From the NCBI GenBank assembly GCA_051362555.1, contig CM120640.1:13888001-13952000 (forward strand): 64,000 nt of DNA, in the 5' to 3' direction. The notes under the pieces were generated by a model that did no database searches, had not been told where the DNA came from, and was given only the letters and a program-made list of their open reading frames with translations. The position numbers and the translations under genes were made by a program. Source of the DNA: Lingula anatina. Lineage: Eukaryota; Animalia; Brachiopoda. Shown here in pieces: positions 1-12,299 of the stretch (within the stretch, counting starts at the first letter, position 1; each line of letters opens with the position of its first letter).

Positions 1-762
1 GCTGAACCCTGTCTTTTATCTACGGCACATTTTGGCACTCATGTTCGTGAAAAATACTTATTCTGTTAACTTTTAGAGCGAGAGGAATTGGCCAAGGGGA
101 CGTCTGTGTAAACTTTGGAATGAAAGGGGTTGACACGTCCACAGTTTAACTTGAGGTCCATGGGTACCGTTTTATTGAAATTGTAGATGGTTTGATAATA
201 TTGCCGAAAAGGAAAAGGGCACCTGTTTCGGCCGCGCCCCAATGGATTCATTGACTGGCTGTCAAATACGTGATGTCCACTCAAAGCAACGGAGAACAAA
301 CATGAAGTGTTTTACATATGTATTTTGCTATACTCGTTCTAAATAATGATTGTTTAGATACAGATCAATGTGTTTTCTCTATACTAAACTAAGATTTCCC
401 TTGCACGAAAAAGTGTCGGACAAATAGCTACAACCCTTGTCAAACTTTCATTCCAAAGTTTATCTAGACAACTCCTTGGCCAATTAATTCATACAGTCTT
501 GTTAAATAGCGTAGATTGCTGGTGTAAATGAAAGGATTTCGAATGAAATGGGACATTGAATGCATATGTCTTCAATGAAATATTGCACGGCGAAAAATGA
601 TTAACCATCTTCCAGACCGCAATGAAGATACATGGCTCTCCGTCACAGAAACGCGCCGAGTTCTGCCGCAAAACGTGCCGTAAATTTACAGGTTAATCGT
701 TAACACGGAAAAATAACCTCATTTTACGTCGCGCTCTTTGTCTTATGTGTATAACAACTCAC

Positions 763-811
763 CACTTCTTCCACCTCCAGTGAGTGGGTTTATCTTTCCA
801 AGACAACACAT
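763..811 (-). CDS. Candidate alternative first coding exon A of an unidentified minus-strand gene (MCCLGKINPLTGGGRS+G)
   Basis: ATG at 811 with an in-frame stop upstream; 49 nt (16 codons+1) ending at consensus donor TG|GTGAGT (762); phase 1. No homology recognised. Confidence 0.4.
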
Positions 812-1156
812 CAATGATGTTATTCTGTGCTGTTTTTATGATTTCGAGCGCAAAATGCCGTTTTAATGTGCAATCGAAATTCCAGCATGTAAACGATTAC
901 TCAACCTAAAGATACGCTTCAAGTGCACTGGAGGGCAAAGTGCCAGACAAACCAGGCTATTTATCTCGTCTATTCACAGAAAGAAAAAAATATATATCAG
1001 AGATACAAGAAAGATACCAGGTGCCTGAAATATAAAAGAAAGTAAAGATAAAGTGGCGGGAATGGTACGCATTCTGAAAAATACTAAGAATCGACGTTTA
1101 AAACGATTCAGTTTCTTTTACGAAAGTATCCACTATATCAAAATCGCTGTACCTAC

Positions 1157-1259
1157 CTGCCACTGGGCTTGATGAAATATAGAGTATCATCCACAAGCAA
1201 GTAAGCAGGACCACGGATTTCCCCATTACGGCGCGGTGAATGATGGTAAAAGTCTGCAT
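1157..1259 (-). CDS. Candidate first coding exon B, signal peptide-like (MQTFTIIHRAVMGKSVVLLTCLWMILYISSSPVA+G)
   Basis: 103 nt open frame from ATG 1259 to donor CAG|GTAGGT (1156); phase 1; basic n-region, hydrophobic h-region and small-residue c-region. Confidence 0.55.
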
Positions 1260-2132
1260 TTTTGCAAGAAGCAGTTTTTTTTATATTTTATGCAATCAGC
1301 CTGACTCTTCCAACGTCCAGAATAAAATGATATAATAGAAACGAAGCAGAAAAAAATCGTTTTTCCAATAAGGGCACTGTCGTAGATGTGATGCACGTAA
1401 CACCGATGTTAACGCATATATCTCTCTCCGTCTGGCTATCCACGCAATTTATACGGGGACCATGTTTGCCTCTTCCCAACCACGTGGTTAGCGATCCCGT
1501 CAATGAATGAGACTAAAGGGACCGACTCAGAACACGCATTGCTAAACATTTCCAGTTAAAACAATAGAGAAGCATGACTTTTTTAATCGGAATACCTTCT
1601 GCTTTAATTTGGGTGGGGGGATTCAAGGCCAACGATTATTTACTCGTTTGGAGACCCATTCCCAGTTAGAGGAATGAAATACCTTCATTTGTGTCACATT
1701 CCTGGCCGATAATGTATTAGATGAACTGTACTTAATCAAAATGCCTTTAAACACGTCATCTCACGATTAAAGGACTAAAGGTGTTAAAAGTAGTTGTGGG
1801 GTTTAGAAAGGCTCACAGAATAAGCGAAACCGTCAGACAAAATGCAATAAAGCTACACATTTTTATGGAGAAACATCTCTCATCCGTTTGAGAAAAGCAA
1901 CCATAAAACTGATTAAATAACAGTGATAACAAAAAAAAAAGCGTTTTGAGATAGCCCATTACTACTGTCCCTTTTTGTGCTACTGGCACTGTCAGTCTGA
2001 CATCATTACTGCTGCTGCCGCAGTTGTCCTAATTGGTATATTATTGATTTTAAAAAATCAAAGTACGTCAAAGTAGTTTTATTACATAACGAACTTCCTT
2101 TTTACAGACAAGCAGTTACATTACGTTCTCAC

Positions 2133-2211
2133 CTGACGTCTGATGACCTCCAAATAATAAGATACTGACAAATACTGCAAGACAAGTCATTACATCGGCT
2201 TCGCTGCACAT
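2133..2211 (-). CDS. Candidate first coding exon C, signal peptide-like (MCSEADVMTCLAVFVSILLFGGHQTS+G)
   Basis: 79 nt from ATG 2211 (in-frame TAG upstream) to donor CAG|GTGAGA (2132); phase 1; hydrophobic core CLAVFVSILLF; a GC/CpG-rich promoter-like stretch lies upstream at ~2340-2470. Confidence 0.55.
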
Positions 2212-2699
2212 ATCTATGGGATTTTGGTAGTAATGATGAATACAATGGCATCCAGTTTCTCCTACAGTTTTCCACTAACATCTGAGGGGGCATCTGAAGT
2301 GTGATGCTATTTATTTGGGGGGAAATTATGTTAAGTATGCCTTCAGTCCACGGGAAGATCTCGTCACTGGTAGGTGCAGCCGCAGCCCCCGTCCGTCAAA
2401 AGAGACGGCTCGAACGCCAACGAGTGCGAACGCTCCTCGTGGGGCACTTCAGTCAAAACACGCTGAGGTTGTCCAATTTCAGTGTGGTTTGAAATAGTAG
2501 ATATCACTAATAAACAAAACAACGGTTTTACTCGCATAGGATTACAAAACGGAATATAAAGCTGACTGAAATAGGAGAAATGTTTCACGTACTTAGATTG
2601 AAACTCAGTTATTGTGATCTGTTGTGAATGTAATGTATTTTTCTTAATCTGACAAACGGAGCTGAAACGACCTCGAGCAGACAGGTTAATGAGTGAGGA

Positions 2700-3900
2700 C
2701 TGTTAGCGTTTGACGTAGCATGCTGGCGGGCCATTTTCACATTTCTCGGAAACAATTAACTTGTAGACTATGATCACCGTACCTGACGTCAGAGATGATA
2801 AGTAACCTAATTAACCTATAATTATAACAGAATCCACCTCTTAAAGGGTCTGGGATTATCATACAGCTTTTTCAAAAATTTAACGTTATTCTTGTTAGAT
2901 GTTTTTCGCATTTTCGCAACCTTCAACTAAGCCATTTACAAAACGTTCACAGGCTGAAGGAATTTTATCGGGCACGCGACATGTAATAACTGAAAAATTT
3001 AAGGATCAAGTGCCAAGAAGAACATGACATGAAAAGTGAGGGTTTGAGATATATGGGAAGGTATATATTCCGCTCATAATGAATGCTGGTAGTTTAGACC
3101 GCGAAGGTTAACTGATAATTGCAAGAGTTAAGCATTTGACGTGATATATGTGCTGTAGCGGGCACGTCGACTCATTTTGGTTGTGCTTGTCTTTGCGCCG
3201 ATTTCATAAGGCTTAAAGCCCTATTATCTTATCATCTGAATGCTATATGTGTAAACATTTGCTCAAATCTGGAAATAAGACAGCCATAGAAAGAACCCAT
3301 GTTAAATAAAAAGACGACCTGTAACTACAGGAACATGAAGTTCACATAACCCCTTTCCGAAAAAGCACGACTAGAGAATAATCCGCGTTTTGACGTCAGA
3401 CATGTTTACTCTGATTAATCTCTATCGAATTAAGAAAATTTGTGGAAAAACAACAAGACGTGGTTTGGCCTCTTTCGGTATCCTGAACCCAGACAGGTGG
3501 CTGTCCACTCCCCTCCACTCCCTGTCTCGTTGTTGTAATCAGATAACAAGGACACAGTCTGCCTTGAAATAGGACCTCAAAAATCATTAAAAACTCATTA
3601 ACATTGGCTCGACTAACTGTCGGTGTCAGGAAAGGTGTGCTGTTGTAGGAGGGGGGGGGGGCTTGTATTACTGTGATTTTCGCTTCGTGTGTGGGCACTC
3701 TTTATAAGTAGCCCTCATTCAACCCTAGGTATTGGGAAGAACTGTCATTAATAGGCGAGATGCGAGACCAGGTGAATCAAGAGGACGTTTAGATAATTTA
3801 AGTAACACAGAGAGAGGGGACGTCAGGTTAATGTCGATGTAGCGTGATTTTTTTCACGCGCCCGCGTTTTTTCTTCTCCCGACCTGCGTGTATGACGTAG
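2700..3900. promoter_or_regulatory. Cluster of CRE/ATF-type sites
   Basis: Perfect TGACGTCA at 2784 and 3391; near-matches TGACGTAG (2711, 3893), TGACGTGA (3137) and GGACGTCA (3818), in CpG-retaining DNA. Confidence 0.4.
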
Positions 3901-6900
3901 AAAGGAACATCGATGGAAAGATTGTAGTCGAGATTTAATGCTCACAGCTTTCATTCAAAACCATCGATCGTCCTTCCAGATGTTTTCTTCGGGAAAACCT
4001 CCTTGCATGGGAGGTAGTTACCTACAGGCATAGGGGTGAACATTTACGCGAGGTACTCCACGAAACGGGGTTAAATCGCACTTCGGATACTAGTTCTATT
4101 AAAATATTCGTTATTTATATCACCTTAGCTCGGGTCCATAATTTGCGCCTTCTCAATACGGCCTGTCTCTGTGGGCTGTTTGTCCACAGCTCACCACAGA
4201 CAGCAAGTACTCCGTGGCCATCGTTGAAGATTGTGAAGGGATACAGGGAGTTCCATATATTCACTCCATTTGTTTAGCTTCAACATAAAGTTAGCAAAAG
4301 AAGAGGCGATCCGTATGCAATGTGAAATCGGATTTGTTCATTCATTTTACGCCCCTTCTACTTGTGTTTTGCGGATATATTTTTGAATTTAATTACAATC
4401 TTTTGTTGCTTTAGATCTAAGTCTCGGTGCTTGATCTCAAATATTTAAGTTATACAAACTTTAAAAAAAGACGCATTATTTTCATACAGTCAACCCTCTA
4501 TACCTTGTACTGACAATAACTTAATGGCAAATATTTAAACGAAATATATTTTATGAAAGCCGAGTTTTATGACATATAGTTCAATTGGACTTTTTCGTCT
4601 AACGCCTTTTTTATAACTAATAACATCCTTTTTTAAACTTCTTTTTGACGAAGGCGTGACTACGTTCGCTTTCTCATCAGCATTCACCGTAAACGAATGT
4701 CTAGAAGCAAAAAAGAAAAAAATGTCTAGTCACGCCACCCGCACCACCACACCTCCTCTCCATTTTCTAATTTTAACGAAATGTTCTGCGAGCGACAATT
4801 GCATGAGGCTTTCTAGCGATTTGAAAAGTGTTTTATTTTTCGCCTATCATTTCCATTACCAGGGGGGTTAATAACCTATTTGCATGTAACAACTTCATAA
4901 TGGTTTATTAATTGGACAATAAGTTAAAGTGTACTTATATTATATTTACTACAACAGATAATGATATATTTAGTGCTTTATTCTTAGATGGCCACTCAAG
5001 GAAATAAGCCGGTAAATACTCATACCAATGAGCACATTTGCGAGCAAGCCCGGAAGCACTCAACTCGCTCACCCTATCATGCAAAAAACCTGTAAAAAAT
5101 ATGCAGGCTCTTTTCGTTTGAGTAAAATTCGATAAGTGAAAAAGAAATAACCCTACACTACAATTCCCGTCTTTAATGTATTTCAGGACCCACATCCACC
5201 TTTTATGTGAATGATGTGTATGCATATAAGCACAAATAAGAATTCAATCTAAAATAAAAAAAAGGTCATTTTCAGATCTTGTTTCCCTCCACGCATTCCT
5301 GGGAACGTAGTGCCCCCAAATTGAGCTACCATACTCATACATTCCTCGATGAATTTCGAGCCTGTTTTAAATTCCAGCATTTTATTAAACATTATGAAGA
5401 AGGCCACGATAGTTAGGGCCATCCAAAAGACGTTTATTGTCCATTCTCTCCTTTTACAATACACGCCGCACAGGTGCTACTCACGACCTACCTGCGACAG
5501 ACCGTTTCTCCAGTGACCCTAGTGAGTCATTAATCTATAACCCTTCTTCGAGACTTTCACACGGTGCACGTTAATGATTGTCCTTAACACTCCTGTAATG
5601 TGTGCGCATAGTTTTCCATTTTATCGTGGTCACTCTTTTAATCAAGGGTAATTATTACAATTCGCGTTCCAGACATGAAAACCACAAACCACATCAGACA
5701 GTGCAAGAGAACTGAGTGATGCTGTGCTGGACAGAATAACCGCATGTTCTAGCGCCTCTAGCAAGTGTTGTAAAGAGATGTAGACTGTAAACGTATATGT
5801 TATTTTAAATAAACTAATGGAATGAAACAATTGTGAATAAAGACTAAGATGGCAATGAAGTTGTTACGTTGGGTTTTCTGATATGTTATATATGGGGTTG
5901 ATGTTTACATTTAAAACAATTGACCGTTGCTCTGTTTAACGGCTACAAATTAATTTCTATATGTTTCAGCAAAATTAAACTGCTGACAGTCTGCCAAGAC
6001 ATAAATCCTGGTATAATGACAGATATGATATAGAGATTTTATCCCAACCGTCTGGATAACTACTGTAGTAATTACTGGTGTTCATTTTTTAAATGACCGA
6101 GTATTGGAGTGTGAAGAATTTAGTATGCAAATAGGATACAGTGTTTCCTTATTGAATCTACACACTGGAAACTTCCATAGCACTTCTACTGCGTACAGAC
6201 CGATATTCACGTTCATTCAATAGAGCTAATATGGCGAGCTAAAAGTACTTCAAAAAGACGTGACTATGTCTAGTTAAGCTATAATAAGGTTCTAAATTAA
6301 ACAAAAAAGTCACGCGTTCGCTTTCTGCCTCTTCCTTTAACATTTACTCCGGTAGGAACTATTTGTAAAACGCTATGACACGTGAAAAGGGGATGACCTT
6401 GTCACGTGACCTGCTTATTCTGAGATAACGTGCGATGACACTAGTTTCGTATAGAATACTACGTTTTGTGGCATTCTGCACAAATATTCAAATCATTAAA
6501 ATTCTATATTTTGCCTTAGCCAACGGCTAACGGTGATTAGAATGTGCACTGAATTATTATGACTATTTCTATACCCCCAAAACGAGGGGACATTTCACGT
6601 ATTTATTAAATTCCTACGAGGCCCATTTGCCTGGACTAATTTTAATATTACTACTTTGATTTATCATAACACGAACATTTATTTTGATTTGCTTAACAAT
6701 CGTCTTAAAGTGTTAATAAACTTTTCTGTGTCATGATTAACCGAACGACTAATACACAACAGATGAAGATTTCTCCACTTCGCAAAACTTTTATGTCTTA
6801 GTCACTTAAAAACTATGAAAGCAATCAAGTTTAATTTCAGGTTTTGCGTATGTTTGTATAACGGTCTAGTCGTGTGACAACCGCGAAACATGCGTGAATT

Positions 6901-9900
6901 TGAATGTTCATTACAACCAAATATCAGCCACACCTGCTGTTTATTGCCCGAAGGAAAAAAAAAACAAAAATGTTCCGACTCAATTATGTAAATAACGTAG
7001 GCAATGATGTCTAACGTACGTCAACCCCGCCTTCAAGATTTTTCTCGTTTGTCATCCACATTTCACTTTGATTTGCGAGGTTTCTCCGTTTCAGTAGTGT
7101 GATGTCAAATTTCTTCTTTCATTTCATAATCTATGTGAAAATTGAAAATAATTTGGCAGCCATACAACTAATGGAAAAATTACAAAAAATGTTCATTGTG
7201 ACAAAAAAGGGCGGAACCGTGACAGCCATGTGCGGATTGTGAGTTTTGGGCCTCTTTATGTCATCTCTGCTGGAGAACATTGTCCGCGTTTGAGGCATAG
7301 GAATGATTTCTTTTTGTCATTGATAATCATTATTTAGGACATACGTGTGCCGTGAATAAAACATTAACACTTCTTAATATACTTGAAAACATCTAAGAAG
7401 GTTTATCATGGCTTTCTTAACTCCTTTCCAGTTACGTGTATATTACATATAACAAACATAGAAAAGAAAAAAAAAAGACTAAAGTTTAAATTTTACGCAA
7501 CGGTTTCAAACTGAGGAAATTGTAACAGCTTGCTGTGTATTTGAAGGTACTATTTGTGGGATTTTTTGATGTTCCAAACTTTCTTCATTTTCTGTTGAAA
7601 TGTCACGTGTTTGTAACAAGTGGACGTTTGTTCCCTCTTTATGTAATGCAATTACTGCCCTTGGCAAAAGTTGCGTTCTCACTCAAAGTGAAAATGCCGA
7701 AAATGCGTGGAACCGTCCGCGTTATCTAATAACGCATTTTTGAAACATAGTTTTCAGCTAAAAACCCAAAAAATGTAATATCGCTAAATACTAAATATGA
7801 TGAAAACACCATGAACTGTTTTTTTTTTCGCACTTAAGTCCAATGCTACCCCCCCCCTTACTTTTCTTACACAGACAATGACTTATGAGTTCATTTAAAC
7901 ACCTCGACTCCGTAAATAGATTTAATCTAGAATTATAATCAATTTAATATCATTTGAGTTCTGGCTTTAATTCTGCACTGACCATTCTCTGTCTAGGTTA
8001 CATCATTTGAGCCAAGAAATCAGCCAGTGCAAGTGAAAGTCACGCGCCCACGTAAAATGACCGCTCGCTTTACGACCTAATTACATTAGTTGGCTCTTAG
8101 AATGAAATCTTTTTGTATAAAAAAGGATCCGGTACTGGGAAATAACAGGTTCTCTGGAGGATTTCTCAAGTACCTCCTACCGGTGATTTGGTTGAATTGA
8201 GCAGATGACAGTCTATTGATTTCTTAAAGAGTCTGTGTTTCTTGAATGAACACTAAAAAAAGATACGTTTAACCAGCCTTGGCTTCTTGCAACTTGAACT
8301 AACTGAGACATTCAATGTCAGTCGGAATTTTTGTCCTGATTTTGTATTGGACGGATATCGAATATTGCAGCCCGTGAAACCAACATCAAATCTCAGGGGA
8401 CATGCGTATAAATCTTTGAGTGCGGAAAACTTCATTCGCTAAAGAATCAACCTACACTTTTCGTTAAGAAAACCTACAAACAAAAAAGCAATGATTATTT
8501 CCGCTTTAGTCAGCGTGATTCTAAAAACCCTTTAATGGTTATCAGTAGGTATGCGCTGGTATATATGAAAGGTTATTTCATTAATAAATAAAAATCAATT
8601 TGTTATGCGCATTAAGGCCTTCCTCATTAATTATAATAAAATTCGTGTTGTTAAATACCTCATTCTTTTTTCATTTTCGTTCTATATAACAAATTTTTAA
8701 AAAAATAAACGAAAATGAACATTTATGTTTGAAATCTAATCGAAAAAAGGCAAGCCATTCCTAATTTCAGATATCATGGACGTTCAAAACAAAATCATTT
8801 TTTACATATCCCTTCATAAGAAAAACAAAGCATTATTAACATTGCACCTCTCAGGCGATCCATTTAGAATGAAGCGCGAGTACGTAGAAAAATGCCTCGT
8901 AGCAACCGTGGCAACACTAACATTGATGCATGTTTTTCTTCTGACGTACTTTGTGGAAAGTTTTTGTGCTGTTGCCACAGAATAGAGGACGGTGTCTATC
9001 TAAATGTGGCTGAGAACTGACTTTGAACAACGTCGTGAATACAATGCGTCAAAGACATTAATATTTTTCCTCCAATTTTCATTTTTGTTCGAATATTCTG
9101 ACGTTACCATCATTTTTTTTTGTTAATAATTAACTCATCAAGCTCAAAACAAAAAATAATTATTTTCTAAGACCGCTCTCTTCTCTTTCGACATTTGCTC
9201 ACTGGACGGTTACACAATTAGGCCTACAATGTCCGTTTATTTACTAAGCGACAGGCGCAGCAAGCGCAAGCAGTCAGTAAATAAAAAAAGGTAGGCCTAT
9301 AAGATAATCGGGATGAGAAAAATTCCAGGAATACTCCCGTCCTCTCCATGACAATTTCATTTGTTACTGTGGACAAGTTGCGTGTGGACAAGGGCCTGCA
9401 AATTTCTCTCTCCTCTTGATGTCGGTAAATCACCGTTTGAGACAGAATTTGATACTCCCTACTTTCATATCTTCGCCGAAAGACGCGTTAATTACACCAA
9501 AAATTCACAACTGACTGCAAAGAAAAAAGTCAAACTGAATGTTCTCACTTTAATACGAGATGACAGAAAGAAAATGTGTCCCTGAATAGCTCCCCCCAAT
9601 ACACGCATGCCGATGAATAAAACTTTTTTCAAAGGGATATCGGTATATACAATACCTAATCGCTAATACCAGATTAACGCAGAATGTTATCAATATAGAA
9701 TATTATATTCAAGTGTTGTTGCTTCATTGAAATTTAAATCGATGCAGATATTATCGTAATTATCTACTGCCACAAAACTTCGTCTATGATACATATCAAT
9801 GAATTGTAAGTAATAAATATTGACAAATATTGCATGTTTAAGGACGTTGCAACAATTCTTGCTTTCATTACTACGAAATAAATAGGAGAATCATTAAGGT

Positions 9901-12299
9901 TTTTTTAGACAATGTTGCTTTGCAGAATGAATCTGGAAGAATTCAAGATTTTTTCTCAAATTTAACAGTTCTGTGTTTGTTTTCTCTGATGCTATGTAAT
10001 GACATATATGGTGGAGGCAAAGACGCGGGCATTACTGGCAACATATACTCCATGAAACAGCTCTTGGTCGTGCCTTCGATTCTCATCCCTTTGTGCCCTA
10101 AATCAGGTTTATCATTCAAAAACACAGCATACAGATATTTTCGACTCTTCAAATTTTTAAAACTGGTAATCAATCAGTCACAAAAATTTGACTTATGCTA
10201 ACATTACGTACGCTGTGAATGAATAAATGAACGAACAATTGGGTTCACATTGGGATTATAGTCATGTCACGTTATTTAACATTCAGCCACTAATTACTTC
10301 AAAAGTTGAGCAAGTTTCAGTCCAGACAGCCAGCCAGCCAGTATAGATTTATTCAAAAGCCAGACGACGGAGTAGATTAAGCCAATTCTGCGCTTCGTGT
10401 GGGCGTACTCATCACGTACTGTGGGGACATATTGCGGTCGTTAGCACAGGGCGTGCCGTTATATACTGCGATTGATCACGGTTAACGAGTTTTCAATCAA
10501 GCACTATGTCCACCCTCTCATTTTTCAGACAAAGACCAGGAAAATCCGAAGAAATGAATGTGTCGTCTCGGGACTATCGCACAACCATTCTCCTATGAAA
10601 AAGAGCCATTTTATCAGAGGAACAGACTCGAACTAGACGGTGGAGCGACGACCAAGGAGTTCAATCAGTGCACTTTCCCCCATTTTAATTAACACTAAGC
10701 ATTGGAATGCCACCGTTTTCGCAAAGAGTAAAATGACACAATTATTACACATTGTCACAAGACTGTCGTTTGATGTTTTGGTGGGTTTGAGGTACCACTG
10801 TGACAATTCATAATGTAGATAAAGTAGGAAGTCCACTTAAGATATCCGCGAACAGTGATCCTTTCACAGCAGTATATCATTATCTGCGTTCGTGACCACT
10901 CCCCGAGTAAATTGTCTTACCTGCGTAGACATCCTGGATTTGGCTATATCGTGCCAGACAAAAAGTAATTTATTGTCAACATTAAAAACCACAATTTCAC
11001 CTCAGACATTCCTTGGTCCGTTGATGTTTTGTCCGTTTATTTACACGCCTCAACTTTCAACCGCATCAGACACCTTTGACAGTATCAATCTTTTGTAATG
11101 AACAGCCCCTGTTCATTCGGGTTATCGTAGGTGGGGCTCAGCTCGTCTCGGTGATTACTGGACTCCCATGAGATCTTTGGTCTCATATGTTTCCAAATAC
11201 ATCATCTTGGCGAGGCTCATCAAGTTCTTTATTGTCCTCGCTGTCATTACTGAAGTTTGATTTAGTCTGCGGGGAGGTTTCGCGCAGTGAATATTTGCAT
11301 GCCAAAGCCAAATTATTGCTATAAATATGGATTTTAAAGTGGAAATAAAATGGAGCCTACATCCGCCTAAAATACGTTTTCCCCCACAAGTGTCAATTCT
11401 CATGCAAAAATAAATTTTTGGTAACTACCTTTTTGTTGCGTGATGTGTCGTCTTAATCTCTTGCAACGTTGGAACCAACAAATACAAAATAAAGCACACA
11501 TTTTTATGGGGTTATCGACATTTTGCACTGCTCTCTTACACTTTCAAACTCAAAAGTGAATACTCAATCTTATTCGTCTTTTTCTTCACTTACATTTAAC
11601 TTTGTATTTAATCATTAAATTATTGGACTTGAAGAAAACCGGGGCAATCTACTAGCACTAGATACTTCATGCAACAGATTTGATCTTACTTTCCATACTT
11701 TACAACAGGTGCCCACTTTTATCCTATTTACCTACATCTTACTTATTCACTGAAAATACTGTACCAAAATGAAATCTCACTCAATTACCATCTCTGGAGA
11801 TCATAAACCACCAAGAGTTGTCCAGAATTTGGTGTCTTTACAAACAATTATGCTAAAATGTTTTTAATATGGCACATTCAGATTATAAAATGGTTATCAA
11901 TCTACTCTTAAGCAAAACATATTGTCCTCTTTATTTTTTTATTTCATGGGGATTCCTTTTTCCTTTTCATTGCACATACAGAATAAAGTAAACCTTTCTT
12001 ATGTATTCAGAAAGTTGTATGATAACAAGATCCTCATGCATGGATCGTTTGGCTTTGTAACTCTTGAATTTAATGATGCTCCTTCAAATAGTCCAACACC
12101 ATCAATTTTGGCACAAATTAAAAATATTGAAATTTGTTGTGGTGTCTTCCATGCAGAATAAAATACTAAATCCAAAACAATTGGTGTTGATCATTTTTGT
12201 CATCACAAAAAGTCATATAATAAACAAAAATCTAGGATCAGTATCTATAATATATATTTTTTGTTCAAGAAAAGTTACAAATAGACTGAAATGATGCAT

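Noticed and set aside
66-299. 77-aa minus-strand ORF as the shared exon 2 of the left gene
   Set aside because: No convincing phase-1 acceptor gives a sustained open frame, and there is no recognisable homology.
2301-2497. Plus-strand ORFs in a GC-rich patch
   Set aside because: Non-ATG starts and no homology; better explained as promoter or 5' UTR of the minus-strand exon at 2211.
2783-2820. Minus-strand donor CAG|GTACGG as another coding first exon
   Set aside because: An in-frame stop lies a few codons upstream with no ATG; the site coincides with a CRE.
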